Counted from the first letter of the stretch, positions 25,964 to 38,443 are shown. The stretch: DNA of 64,000 nucleotides from Magnetococcales bacterium DCbin2 (GCA_002753615.1 PEAO01000001.1:28319-92318), one strand, 5' to 3'. Numbers and translations are program-made. The notes: generated from the letters alone by a model not told the origin.

Positions 25964-28900
25964 CTACGTGGGGAGAGGGTGATTGAAATCAGCCATGCTC
26001 AATGTATCGGTAAGCTCTTTGAATATGGGGAAAAAAGAGTGTCCCTGTACGGCGTCATCCAGGTGCGTTGCACCACCTTCAAAAGCACTCTGGGCGGTTG
26101 CAACGCCATGGTAGAATTCTACCAAATCGCTGTAGATCGATGGCAATCCGTGTTGCCCCTGTTGCATGTCCATCACATGAAGATGATCGATCTGTTCCTG
26201 GTTCATGATCCCGGCAGGTTGGGTTTCCATGACCCAGTGCATGAAATTCACAAATTGATCTTCCAGTGAACCGTTGACGTCCGACGATGCATTCCCTTGT
26301 GTTTCCACCCCTGTATGGGCGTCTCCGCCAAGTTGTTCCGGTGGTTGACCCCATCCAGATTCTGGATGGGCCAGGGCATTCATGAAGTCCGTAAACTGCT
26401 TCTCAAACGGATCGACCTGGGTGGCTACCGAATGGTCACCAACATGAGGAGTCCCCATACCCGACGCATAGGACATGTTGACATCCGCCATGAGGCCCAC
26501 AGTCCCGTCAGCCCTCTCAAAACTCGCCAGTTCCGATATGAAATTGCCGGCTACCTCTGTTGGATGGGGTATCGTTTGTGATGTCAGCGTCAAGGTGGTA
26601 ATGCCCAGACCGCCCAGACCAACCAACGCGCCATCCGCCGCCAAAACATGCAGATTGCCGAAGGCCGCATCCTGCATATCGATATAATGGTCATGATTGT
26701 CATCCAAGGAGGCCAGTGCCGTCAGACCGTTGGTGCTTCCTGGGGAAAAGTATTCGGAAAACACCTCTCGAATATCGTCAATGACCCCATTGCCGTTACG
26801 ATCCATGACCAGCAAACCATCTCCGCCGGTGACCCAACCCGTCTGATCCAGCTTACCATCGGCGTTCATGTCGAAGGAAAAAGGATCGGTTTGTCTGGAG
26901 GAAAGTTCAATGCCATTACCATTCAGGTCCAGCACAAGGGGATCACCACCCCAGTCGTTGATGCTAGCAAGGGCAGTGCCGGTATCGCGATTGTCCAAAC
27001 TGGTATAATACGTGAAAGTGGCGGACGCCCCAGAGGCAAGCGATCCAACATCAAAGGTGATCGAAATCCCCTGGTCTGCGGTATAGGTTATCCCCGTTGC
27101 GGGAGCCGATTCATAGACCCCAGGATCATAAATATTTTTTATGGTAAAACCATCATTGCCGTACCCGTCGGTATACGGACCGTTGTAGTATGAGGGAAAG
27201 CTTGCAACCTGAGCGCGCGCATCATCCGAATAGAAAAAAATAGAGGCTTGGGTCTCGGTCAGGTTTTGATAAGCATCGTTGGGGAGGCTCGTAGCCTGGA
27301 CCAGGGAATGACCGCTGTCCTGATAGACCACGGTGTTAATGGTCGTGAAGCTTCCCCCTTTGTCAACCGTATTATCGGGGTCAAAACTGCGCATGAAACG
27401 AACCTCGTCCAGTGTTCCTGAACTTAGGTTAGTCAGCGTGACAACGTTGCGAAAGAAATTGGCATTGACATCAAAGCAGATAGTTTGCGAAATACCCAAA
27501 GCATTCTCAAGCTCACCCTCGATTGTGGCCGACAAAGTATTTCCCGCAGAATTGTCCGTAATAGAGAGGATGGTGATGTCACCACCGCCCGAAAGCTGGG
27601 AATTCGTACCGATGTGGGGGGTTCCTCCCTCTTTAAAACCGGCAGTCCATCGCTCTTCGGGCGTGCCGGGTAGGAAGAAATCGATGGCTGAATTGATCCC
27701 CTGGTTGAAACCATCATGATCGAAGCTCATCCCAATATTGGAGTGACTGGAAGTTCCGTAGAAACCTGTTGGTTTTGATCCCCCGGTGCCGAACGATCCC
27801 AGGGAGGAAATACCCAACTCAATATAATTTCCCCCTAGAAAAACCTCACCGCCATCCTTGGTGTGATGCGCCCCTGTGAGGGTTACGGAGGGGGCTATCT
27901 CCAGGGCAAAACTTTGACCCGAAATGGTACCGTCGCCATCACTCAGGGAAAAAAGAAAACTGTCACTGGTGCTTGCCCCACCATCGTGGGTATACCACAT
28001 GATACCGTCGTTGATATCGGCTTGGGTAAAGGTACTGCCCACCCCTAACATGGTTCCACCCTTGGTCAAAACGCCATGACTCGGCAAGGTGTCCAGGGTG
28101 TAAACCAAGGATGATGTGGATAGCGTTTCCACATCGGTGGTTACCAGGGTGGCGGAAGAGATGACGACATCACCATCATTGAAAAGAGACGCCCCCTGAT
28201 TGGCGATGGTTGGCGTATCGTTGGCACCGGTCATGTTGACATTCAGGGTCGCTGTCCTGGTGAGTGTTCCATCGTTGGCGGTAACCGAAAAACTGTCTAC
28301 CCCATTGGAGAGCAGGCTGTTGATGGTTTGGTCGTTTGGTACATAAACGTAGGCACCGCTTGCCGCATGGAGATAAAGCGTTCCGTAGGCTCCTTCGTTG
28401 ATGAGATCATAGGAAATACCGCCGATGGTGGTATTGAGACTGGTACCACCGACCATACCGTATGTGATGCTGCTTGCAGAAGAATGGGTGAGGAACAGGG
28501 TACCGCCGGTTTGGGTGAACACATCCAACCCAGCCGTATCGACATAAGTAATTGCATTCACGGTAAAGCTGGGGGAGGGGGGGGCGATCACGATCATGGT
28601 GACGGGGTTTGTGGCCTGACTTGCAACACTTTCCAGGGTGCTAAAACCGTCGGTATAGGAAGCGATGACACGGATGGTTTTATCGATCAGGGCATTGCTC
28701 AAGATCAAGGTGTTTCCTGTGGCCCCGGTGATATTGGTGCCGTTTGCCTGCCATTGATAACTGATGATCCCCAATCCGTCTCCATCAGCCAGGGTATTGG
28801 CCGCAGTCAAGATATGCCCCTGGATGGCTGTACCGGAAATGGTAACCGTTCCGGTAGGCTGTGCATTGATGTGAGTGACCGGATTGGTGGCACTGCTGGT

Positions 28901-30976
28901 GACACTTTCCGCCGTACTGTGGCCATCGGTATAGGTGGCGACAACCTTGATGGCCTTTCCCACTTGGTGTGCCGTCAATACCCACGTATCTCCTGTGGCA
29001 CCGTCGATGTTTTTGCCGTCTGCCTGCCACTGGTATGTGATGGTCCCCAATCCGTCCACATCGGCCAGGGTATTGCTTGCAATTAAGGTTTGTCCCTGAA
29101 CAGCATTCCCCAAGATCGTTACCGTCCCGGTAGGGAGGTCATTGACATTGGCAACCAAATCCGTTTTGTTGCTGGATATCTTCTCCACCTGACCACGGAC
29201 ATCGGTAACGGTGGCGGTGACATCGATCACCTTGCCAACCATGCTTTCCGTCAGAGTCAAAGAACTCCCAGTTGCGTCACGGATCTCCTTGCCGTCCGCC
29301 TGCCACTGATAAGTGACGGTCCCCAATCCATCGGCGTCGGCCAGGGTGCTGACGAGGGATAGAATTTCATTCTGAACGAATTTTCCTGAAATGGTGACCG
29401 AGCCGGAAACAGGGCGATTGACAACCGGCGTTGGTTCTGGTGTCGGTTCCGGTGTTGGTACGGGTGTCGGTTCCGGCGTTGGTACGGGTGCCGGTTCCGG
29501 CGTTGGTGCTGGTGTTGGTACGGGTGTCGGTTCCGGCGTTGGTTCCGGCGTTGGTTCCGGCGTTGGTTCTGGTGGCAACTCATTGGCTGGTTGTTTTGGT
29601 GTTTTGTTGACAACCAGTATTTCCGATGTCAGCTTGGGTTTGGCGACATCCGGCCCCGTGGCCCCAATTAAGCCCCCCAGGGAGAGTTGGGTCGGTGCTG
29701 GTTTTGCGGATAACGTGGTTCCGACATCTTGAGTCGCCACGTTCTGACCATTTAACGCTCCTCCGGTTCCGATCAGGTCGGCGAGATTGGCGGTATCGTT
29801 GGGTCCGTTTTCTGGATTGTTGGGCGTCTCTGCGGTATCTTCATTGATCCCCTGTGCGTCGGCGGCATTGTCACCTCCGTTTGCGGGTTTTCCTTCCCCT
29901 GGCGTTTCATTCCCTTCGGTTTTTGCTTGCGGCTCGTTACCTGTAGCGGGTGGTTCCGCACTCTGACTGCCCTGTGAATCCTGTGTATCCTCCCCTTTGC
30001 GTTCCTCTTTGGCCTTACCAATGTCTAACTGTTGCGTGATATGCGTCAAAAAGGCGGCAGGTGCTTTGAAAACGGGTTGCGGGGCACCGGCCCCAAAAGT
30101 TACCTGGGTGGCGGTTCCGGGTTCCACAAGGGTGACAGTCCCCTGTCCTTTTGCATCGGAGATATCCAAAATACCCGATGAATGCACGACGGTGGTTGAT
30201 CCATCTTCCGTGACCTCTCCGGCAAGCTGACTGCCTCGAATGCCAATCACCGCCGTTGGAGTTTTAATGGTTGAATGGTGTCCCGTATGTAACCCGGAAA
30301 TGGCACCACTTTCAAAGCTGAAAATGCCTCGGGTAATCGTTGCTTCAAACCCCCCCTGCTTTTCGCTGGGATTGAAAATATATTTATCCAGGACCGCCTG
30401 AGACTGTTCGCCCAGTTGAAAAGTGGTTCCATCAGGAAAAGCCAGTTTGACCAGCCCCCCTTTTTGCGTTCTAAGCACATCGCCCTTGAAAACGGCGTCG
30501 CCCTCCTTGAGAGGTCGTTCCACCCCATCGGCCCCCCTGACGATGACATCACCCAGCATTTCTGAAATCTTTCCGATGGGGGAAATCGTTTGTTTAGGCG
30601 GGGGTGCCCCAGGGGATGTTGTACCGGGTTGTGCCGATTCGGTCGTATTCATCGTTGGACCCGCAACCATGGTGACCGCTGGGTTTGCGTTGATAACCAG
30701 GAGCGCATGGACGGTTTCCGGCATAAGCAGGGCACCATTGGGGGCCATCAGAACGGGCGGAATCGAGGCATCAAAGTAGCCTTCAACCCGGAACGCCGCA
30801 CCATCGGAATCTGTGATAACAAGATCGCCATCCTCCCGCATGTAGCTTCCCTGAAGCAACATCGCCACATCTGGAATCGTGACCTCTGTTTCCAAACCGG
30901 AAAGTGCCACGCCATGATCAAACGATTCATTGGAAAAAGGTGTATGTTGATCAGGAATGATGGGTTGTATACTCAT
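25964..30976 (-). CDS. 1670-aa secreted repeat adhesin-like protein
   Basis: N-terminus LLQGSYMREDGDLVITDSDGAAFRVEGYF (giant-adhesin/BapA-prefix-like). FecR-like segment GDVIVRGADGVERPLKEGDAVFKGDVLRT...LAFPDGTTFQL. Pro-Thr linker. Three ~92-aa Ig-like repeats (TITYQWQADGK...). Cadherin/VCBS-like segment. Ca-binding-like GGDPLVLDLNGNGIE ... DRNGNGVIDD. Confidence 0.8.
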   Translation of the reverse strand: MSIQPIIPDQHTPFSNESFDHGVALSGLETEVTIPDVAMLLQGSYMREDGDLVITDSDGAAFRVEGYFDASIPPVLMAPNGALLMPETVHALLVINANPAVTMVAGPTMNTTESAQPGTTSPGAPPPKQTISPIGKISEMLGDVIVRGADGVERPLKEGDAVFKGDVLRTQKGGLVKLAFPDGTTFQLGEQSQAVLDKYIFNPSEKQGGFEATITRGIFSFESGAISGLHTGHHSTIKTPTAVIGIRGSQLAGEVTEDGSTTVVHSSGILDISDAKGQGTVTLVEPGTATQVTFGAGAPQPVFKAPAAFLTHITQQLDIGKAKEERKGEDTQDSQGSQSAEPPATGNEPQAKTEGNETPGEGKPANGGDNAADAQGINEDTAETPNNPENGPNDTANLADLIGTGGALNGQNVATQDVGTTLSAKPAPTQLSLGGLIGATGPDVAKPKLTSEILVVNKTPKQPANELPPEPTPEPTPEPTPEPTPVPTPAPTPEPAPVPTPEPTPVPTPEPTPEPTPVVNRPVSGSVTISGKFVQNEILSLVSTLADADGLGTVTYQWQADGKEIRDATGSSLTLTESMVGKVIDVTATVTDVRGQVEKISSNKTDLVANVNDLPTGTVTILGNAVQGQTLIASNTLADVDGLGTITYQWQADGKNIDGATGDTWVLTAHQVGKAIKVVATYTDGHSTAESVTSSATNPVTHINAQPTGTVTISGTAIQGHILTAANTLADGDGLGIISYQWQANGTNITGATGNTLILSNALIDKTIRVIASYTDGFSTLESVASQATNPVTMIVIAPPSPSFTVNAITYVDTAGLDVFTQTGGTLFLTHSSASSITYGMVGGTSLNTTIGGISYDLINEGAYGTLYLHAASGAYVYVPNDQTINSLLSNGVDSFSVTANDGTLTRTATLNVNMTGANDTPTIANQGASLFNDGDVVISSATLVTTDVETLSTSSLVYTLDTLPSHGVLTKGGTMLGVGSTFTQADINDGIMWYTHDGGASTSDSFLFSLSDGDGTISGQSFALEIAPSVTLTGAHHTKDGGEVFLGGNYIELGISSLGSFGTGGSKPTGFYGTSSHSNIGMSFDHDGFNQGINSAIDFFLPGTPEERWTAGFKEGGTPHIGTNSQLSGGGDITILSITDNSAGNTLSATIEGELENALGISQTICFDVNANFFRNVVTLTNLSSGTLDEVRFMRSFDPDNTVDKGGSFTTINTVVYQDSGHSLVQATSLPNDAYQNLTETQASIFFYSDDARAQVASFPSYYNGPYTDGYGNDGFTIKNIYDPGVYESAPATGITYTADQGISITFDVGSLASGASATFTYYTSLDNRDTGTALASINDWGGDPLVLDLNGNGIELSSRQTDPFSFDMNADGKLDQTGWVTGGDGLLVMDRNGNGVIDDIREVFSEYFSPGSTNGLTALASLDDNHDHYIDMQDAAFGNLHVLAADGALVGLGGLGITTLTLTSQTIPHPTEVAGNFISELASFERADGTVGLMADVNMSYASGMGTPHVGDHSVATQVDPFEKQFTDFMNALAHPESGWGQPPEQLGGDAHTGVETQGNASSDVNGSLEDQFVNFMHWVMETQPAGIMNQEQIDHLHVMDMQQGQHGLPSIYSDLVEFYHGVATAQSAFEGGATHLDDAVQGHSFFPIFKELTDTLSMADFNHPLPT
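28598..29419 (-). repeat. Three tandem ~276-nt coding repeats (Ig-like adhesin modules)
   Basis: Each unit contains P.G.VTI.G.A.QG..L.A..TLAD.DGLG.I.YQWQA.G..I.GATG..L.L.... Confidence 0.85.
29423..29578 (-). repeat. Degenerate tandem repeat encoding a (PEPTP/PVPTP)n Pro-Thr linker
   Basis: ggttccggcgttggt-type 12-15-nt units repeated about 10 times; in frame in the adhesin (aa ~467-518). Confidence 0.9.
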
Positions 30977-31426
30977 CGAAGACCTCGAAGTTATCGTGAC
31001 TTGCTCGGAATCATCGGGATATTCCTGTGCCTGGGGATACTGGTTTTATGATGCAAACTCTTGGCCATTGAGAAACCCAAGTGTCTCTTCTAAAATGAGC
31101 TGACCGATCTCTCCCCGATTATACCAACATACCAACAAATCGACCAACAAATTCGCTGGCACGCGACGGTTTTCTTTGGTCTCGATGGTGTCAGGCTACC
31201 CATGGAAAATCTTGAAAAAACCTTTATTAATGTTATTTTCCGCGATAAGTTTTTTTGACGTATTTTATTCGTTAAATAGCATAATCTGTATAACTAAGAG
31301 GCGTTTGCTGTGTTTAAATGTGTTATGATTCCAGGACAGCCATGGTTTGCCAATCATGGAGATCGGGAGAAGCGGAAGGATTTACTGGGGAAAACGTTAG
31401 ATCCAAATAGCTTTTAAGAAGAAATT

Positions 31427-32551
31427 TCATCGTGTCGAATGGATCTGAATGGGGGTGGCGGGATTTTGATGATCGTTTTCCAGGTTGAAGTAAGGGAGTG
31501 TCAATTGCCGCCAAGTTCCGGGAGGACTTTGGCAGGGACCGGACAGGGTGATCCCCAAGAGCCGTACCCCCCTGGGTGGAATCGCAATACGGCGAAATAA
31601 AAGCCTTGCGATGGCCATTATTTCTTGGGTATCCACGATGGGGCGGTCGCTGGTGCGGCTGCGGGTAACCTGCCGAAAATCGGCAAATTTGATCTTCAAC
31701 GTCAGCGTTTTGCCGGAAAAATGGCATTTTTCCATGCGTCGCACGACTTCATGGACAATGAATTCCAATCGGGCCAACAGTGCGTCAGGGTCGCGAAGAT
31801 CTTGCTCAAAGGTATCCTCCGTCCCCACCGAGTGGCGTTCCCGGCTGGGATCCACGGGCCGATCATCCTGATTGCGCACAATCTGGTAATAAAACCGACC
31901 TGTTTTTCCAAAGGCAGTCTCTAGCTCTACCAAGGGCCGACGCAATAAATCGGCCCCCGTTTTGATCCCCATGGCGTGCATTTTGGTGGCGGTGACTTTG
32001 CCGACCCCATAAAATTTTTCGATGGGTAACGTGGCGATGAACGACGACGCCTGTTGCGGCGCAATCAACGTGAAACCATCGGGTTTGTTCATGTCCGAGG
32101 CCACCTTGGCGAGAAATTTATTGATGCTGACACCCGCCGATGCGGTCAGGCCCGTTTGTTGGCGAATCCGGGTACGAATCTCCTGTGCCACCATGGACGC
32201 AGAAACCATCCCCTTTTTGTTGGTGGTGACATCCAGGAAGGCTTCATCCAATGAAAGCGGTTCCATCAGATCGGTATATTCCAGGAAGATGGCCTGAATT
32301 TGTTGGGATACCGCCTTGTAGGCGGCCATCCTGGGGGGGACGACGATCAGGTTTGGGCATTGGGCCAAGGCTTTTTGCATGGCCATGGCGGAGCGAACGC
32401 CAAATTTTCGCGCCTCATAACTGGCGGCGGCGACGACACCTCGGGCACTTTTCCCCCCGACCACCAGGGGATGGCCACGAAAGGCGGGGTTGTCCCTTTG
32501 CTCTACCGAAGCATAAAAAGCGTCCATGTCGATATGGATGATTTTGCGCAT
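31427..32551 (-). CDS. dinB: DNA polymerase IV
   Basis: MRKIIHIDMDAFYASVEQRDNP...PLVVGG...RGVV..ASYEARKFGV. Start moved to the ATG giving the canonical MRKIIH N-terminus. Confidence 0.92.
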   Translation of the reverse strand: MRKIIHIDMDAFYASVEQRDNPAFRGHPLVVGGKSARGVVAAASYEARKFGVRSAMAMQKALAQCPNLIVVPPRMAAYKAVSQQIQAIFLEYTDLMEPLSLDEAFLDVTTNKKGMVSASMVAQEIRTRIRQQTGLTASAGVSINKFLAKVASDMNKPDGFTLIAPQQASSFIATLPIEKFYGVGKVTATKMHAMGIKTGADLLRRPLVELETAFGKTGRFYYQIVRNQDDRPVDPSRERHSVGTEDTFEQDLRDPDALLARLEFIVHEVVRRMEKCHFSGKTLTLKIKFADFRQVTRSRTSDRPIVDTQEIMAIARLLFRRIAIPPRGVRLLGITLSGPCQSPPGTWRQLTLPYFNLENDHQNPATPIQIHSTR

Positions 32552-32826
32552 GACATCCGGCCCCGTTCCATGACACGCATGAAGCAAAAAAAAGATCATA
32601 AACGCTCCGTCTCTTTTTTCACAAGAAGCTTGTCAGCCGTTTCTTTCCAAACAGGCGTCCTTTTTATCCCCGCGAGCATTTTCCGGGAATTGAAATGAAA
32701 GGGGTGGGCAAGGGGGGGAAAATCGGGTAGAATTTGGGGTTCGATAACCAGTAGCTTTGATTCATCCAAATACCTGTGGCCAATCCTGGCCTAAAAACCG
32801 ATTGCCTAATGAATATTGAAGAGCTT

Positions 32827-35637
<2,811 letters not shown>

Positions 35638-35640
35638 GCC

Positions 35641-36933
35641 GTGTTGGATATCAAGCAGATTCGTGAGCAGCCGCAGTGGGTTGAAGATCGTCTGAAAAGG
35701 CGGGGAGGCAAGGTTGACCTGTCTGGTTTTCATGCTTCCGAGGCCCGATTGCGCGAGATTCGCGTGGAGACGGAAAAACTTCAGGCGCGTCGCAATGAAA
35801 TTTCCACGGAAATCGGTCGCCGCAAAGCGGCCAAGCAGGATATTACCGAGCTTTTCGAGGAAATGAAGACTTTGGGTCCGGCGTTGAAGAATCTTGAAAA
35901 CCAATTGCGGGATCAAGAACGACTTGTTGAAGCGACGCTGGTGGTGATTCCCAATCTCCCTGAAGATTCGGTTCCAGAGGGGCGGGATGAGCGGGATAAT
36001 GTGGTGTTGCGGTATTGGCCGGAGGAAAAGAGTCTGGCGCAGCATTCTTTTCAACCCAAGCCCCATTGGGAAATTGGCGAGGCGTTGGGTATTCTCGATT
36101 TTGAGGCGGGTACGCAGATTGCGGGGGCCCGGGTTACTGTCCTCCGGGGTGCGGGTGCGCGGTTGTCGCGGGCTTTGATCAATTTTATGTTGGATCTCCA
36201 TACGGGTGAGCATGGTTACACCGAAATTATGCCACCCTTGTTGGCGAATGATCGGACTTTGTTTGGTACGGGGCAACTGCCTAAATTTGAGGAAGATTTG
36301 TTTGCCTGTCGTGACAATCCCTTATTTTTGATCCCCACGGCTGAAGTTCCCCTGACCAATCTGGTTGCTGATCAGATTTTGGATGAAAAACAATTGCCCA
36401 TGCAGATGACCGCTTGGACAACTTGTTTTCGCCGTGAGGCGGGGGCGGCGGGTAAGGATACCCGTGGGTTGATCCGCCAGCATCAGTTTGACAAGGTTGA
36501 GCTGGTCTGGATTACCCGCCCGGAGGAGAGTGGTGCCGCACTGGAACGGTTGACGGGCCATGCCGAGGAGGTATTGAAACGTTTGGAATTGCCGTTTCGG
36601 ACGGTGAGTTTGTGTGCTGGGGATATGGGGTTTTCCGCTGCCAAGACCTATGATTTGGAGGTTTGGTTACCGGGGCAGGGGTGTTATCGGGAGATTTCTT
36701 CGTGTTCCAACACCCAGGCGTTCCAGGCGAGACGGATGAAGGCCCGTTTTCGTCGGGGTGGCGAGAAAAAGACCGAACTTGTGCATACGTTGAATGGATC
36801 TGGCGTTGCGGTGGGACGTACTTTGGTTGCTATTTTGGAAAATGGTCAGCAGGCGGATGGCAGTGTGGTGATCCCCAGGGCGTTGCGACCTTTTATGGGG
36901 GGGATGGAAGTGATTACCCCTCTGGCTGTTTGA
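35641..36933 (+). CDS. serS: Seryl-tRNA synthetase
   Basis: GTG start 3 nt after the gyrA stop. MLDIKQIRE..., N-terminal coiled coil, class II motifs FRREAG...GL.R.HQF.KVE and TLNGSG.AVGRTLVAILEN. Confidence 0.95.
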   Translation: MLDIKQIREQPQWVEDRLKRRGGKVDLSGFHASEARLREIRVETEKLQARRNEISTEIGRRKAAKQDITELFEEMKTLGPALKNLENQLRDQERLVEATLVVIPNLPEDSVPEGRDERDNVVLRYWPEEKSLAQHSFQPKPHWEIGEALGILDFEAGTQIAGARVTVLRGAGARLSRALINFMLDLHTGEHGYTEIMPPLLANDRTLFGTGQLPKFEEDLFACRDNPLFLIPTAEVPLTNLVADQILDEKQLPMQMTAWTTCFRREAGAAGKDTRGLIRQHQFDKVELVWITRPEESGAALERLTGHAEEVLKRLELPFRTVSLCAGDMGFSAAKTYDLEVWLPGQGCYREISSCSNTQAFQARRMKARFRRGGEKKTELVHTLNGSGVAVGRTLVAILENGQQADGSVVIPRALRPFMGGMEVITPLAV

Positions 36934-37039
36934 TTTGTAATAAATCAGAGTGGTTGCGGAGCAAAGCTTTTGTTTGAAGAAAGCGGATTTTAACAAGGTG
37001 GGGCATTTAAAAATCGAAAACATGACAAAGGGGTAAAAA

Positions 37040-37300
37040 ATGAAAAAAATCCTTGGTGCTGTGACTGGTTTGGCTCTGACGTTTGGTCTTTCTTCCGTTG
37101 CTTTGGCCCAGGATGTGGTCATCCATCCTGCGGTTGCTGGTGTGATGGTGCAGCCTGTTTCTCAGGGGACGCAACAGATGGTGATCATTCCTGTGGTTGA
37201 CGAGTCGCATGGTCATTTTCTGGGGCGTTCTCATTACCAAAGATACCACCACCACCATGGTTTTCTCAGCCATCTTTTTGGCAGTGCCGAGCATTGGTAG
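37040..37300 (+). CDS. Small secreted His-rich protein (hypothetical)
   Basis: Signal peptide MKKILGAVTGLALTFGLSSVALA/QD. C-terminus SHGHFLGRSHYQRYHHHHGFLSHLFGSAEHW. RBS-like aaagggg upstream. Confidence 0.55.
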   Translation: MKKILGAVTGLALTFGLSSVALAQDVVIHPAVAGVMVQPVSQGTQQMVIIPVVDESHGHFLGRSHYQRYHHHHGFLSHLFGSAEHW

Positions 37301-37320
37301 ACAATGCCGGATGGTCGATC

Positions 37321-37344
37321 AAGGGGGTCTTTCGAGACCCCCTT
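37321..37344. terminator. 10-bp GC-rich hairpin with UUCG loop between convergent genes
   Basis: aagggggtct-ttcg-agaccccctt. Lies between the stop at 37300 (+) and the stop at 37358 (-). No clear U-tract on either strand. Confidence 0.45.
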
Positions 37345-37357
37345 GAACTCCGTGTTA

Positions 37358-37684
37358 TCAGTGCAACGAAATGATTTGTCCTTCACATCGGGCGATTTCA
37401 ATCAAGGGGATGCTTTCATCTTCCGCCCATTGTCTGGTGCCTATCCCTACGGGTTCGATACGGCTATCGATGAATACGGCGGTTTCCCAAAGCAACTCTG
37501 TGTCTGACCAGGAGTCAGAATGGTCAAAACGGGGGGAGACCACGACCAGATCGACATCACTATCGGCGTGCGCGTCACCTCGTGCAAAGGAACCATATAG
37601 CACTCCAAAGGCAACGGGCATACCCCGCTCCTCCAGACGGTGCAAATAGCTTTTTATGGTGAGGATAATGTCTGTTGCAACCAT
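37358..37684 (-). CDS. Minimal nucleotidyltransferase (MNT/Pol-beta superfamily)
   Basis: GVLYGSFARGDAHADSDVDLVVV is the GS.ARG...SD(V/I)D motif. Start taken at the internal ATG (MVATDI...) because the upstream part of the track ORF overlaps gmhB. Confidence 0.7.
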   Translation of the reverse strand: MVATDIILTIKSYLHRLEERGMPVAFGVLYGSFARGDAHADSDVDLVVVSPRFDHSDSWSDTELLWETAVFIDSRIEPVGIGTRQWAEDESIPLIEIARCEGQIISLH

Positions 37685-37715
37685 GCTCTGACCTTTTGTG
37701 CATTGTGAAGGTAGC

Positions 37716-38312
37716 TCACGGTTTTTTCTCAGATTGGATCTGGCCTTGTAGAAACCATTTGGCAAAAACGGTGGTTTGACCCATATCTTCGGCAACATGG
37801 TGGGCTTCCAGGGCATCTTTATCGGTAATATCATAGCCGCTGTGAACCAAGACCAAATGACCGACACCCGCCTGACGCGCCGCTTGGATGTCGCTGAGTT
37901 TATCCCCGACCATGATGGAATGGGATAAATCAATCTGATGTCGCTCAGATGCCTCAAGGATCATGCCGGGTTGGGGTTTGCGACAGGAACATTGAAGGCG
38001 ATACTGGGGCAGGCGGGCTTTGGGATGATGGGGGCAGTAAAATACGTCGGTGAGCGCAATACCCGCTTCGAGGAAACGTGCGGTCATCCAGCGGTTCAGA
38101 TGGTGAAAATCATCCTCGGTGTAATACCCCCGGGCAATGCCCGACTGATTGGTCACAACAATCAGGGCATAGCCCGCATCCTGAAACAGGCGGCATGTGT
38201 CAAACAAATGGGGGATGAATATAAAATCTTCTATCTTATAAAGATAATTGACATCTTTGTTGATCACCCCATCGCGGTCCAGAAACAAAGCGGGTCGTTT
38301 CCTGTTGGTCAT
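37716..38312 (-). CDS. gmhB: D-glycero-D-manno-heptose 1,7-bisphosphate phosphatase (HAD-IIIA)
   Basis: LFLDRDGVIN, VVTNQSGIARG, Zn-site CPHHP...CSCRKPQPGM, VGDKLSDIQAA. Confidence 0.85.
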   Translation of the reverse strand: MTNRKRPALFLDRDGVINKDVNYLYKIEDFIFIPHLFDTCRLFQDAGYALIVVTNQSGIARGYYTEDDFHHLNRWMTARFLEAGIALTDVFYCPHHPKARLPQYRLQCSCRKPQPGMILEASERHQIDLSHSIMVGDKLSDIQAARQAGVGHLVLVHSGYDITDKDALEAHHVAEDMGQTTVFAKWFLQGQIQSEKKP

Positions 38313-38443
38313 GGTGAAAAAATACTCCGTGCGGAGAAAATAGTCTGGAAAGTTCGCGTCGCATTATAGACATGAGCCGCCCGGTTGCAAATGGATGGTC
38401 CGGCAAAAGGGGGATTAAAGAGGGTGGGTCTCGTTAAATAGCG

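Noticed and set aside
29391-29732. Short tandem DNA repeats (ggttccggcgttggt...) considered as a CRISPR-like or satellite array; also the + strand ORF reading GVGSGVGTG
   Set aside because: The units are contiguous with no spacers and lie in frame in the adhesin as a (PEPTP)n linker. The + strand ORF is the mirror of that repeat.
32621-32633. Palindrome ACAAG-N3-CTTGT about 70 nt upstream of dinB, considered as an SOS (LexA) box
   Set aside because: It does not match the LexA consensus forms I know (CTGT-N8-ACAG, GTTC-N7-GTTC and others). It could still be an operator, but I cannot support an SOS call.
37301-37357. Search for a HEPN toxin gene partnering the MNT nucleotidyltransferase
   Set aside because: The space downstream is under 60 nt and occupied by a hairpin, and upstream is gmhB. 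No Rx4-6H ORF is present.
37685-37957. N-terminal 91 codons of the 199-aa track ORF (37358-37957)
   Set aside because: This part overlaps the 3' end of gmhB in another frame and has no NTase-related sequence. The NTase domain begins at the internal ATG 37684.
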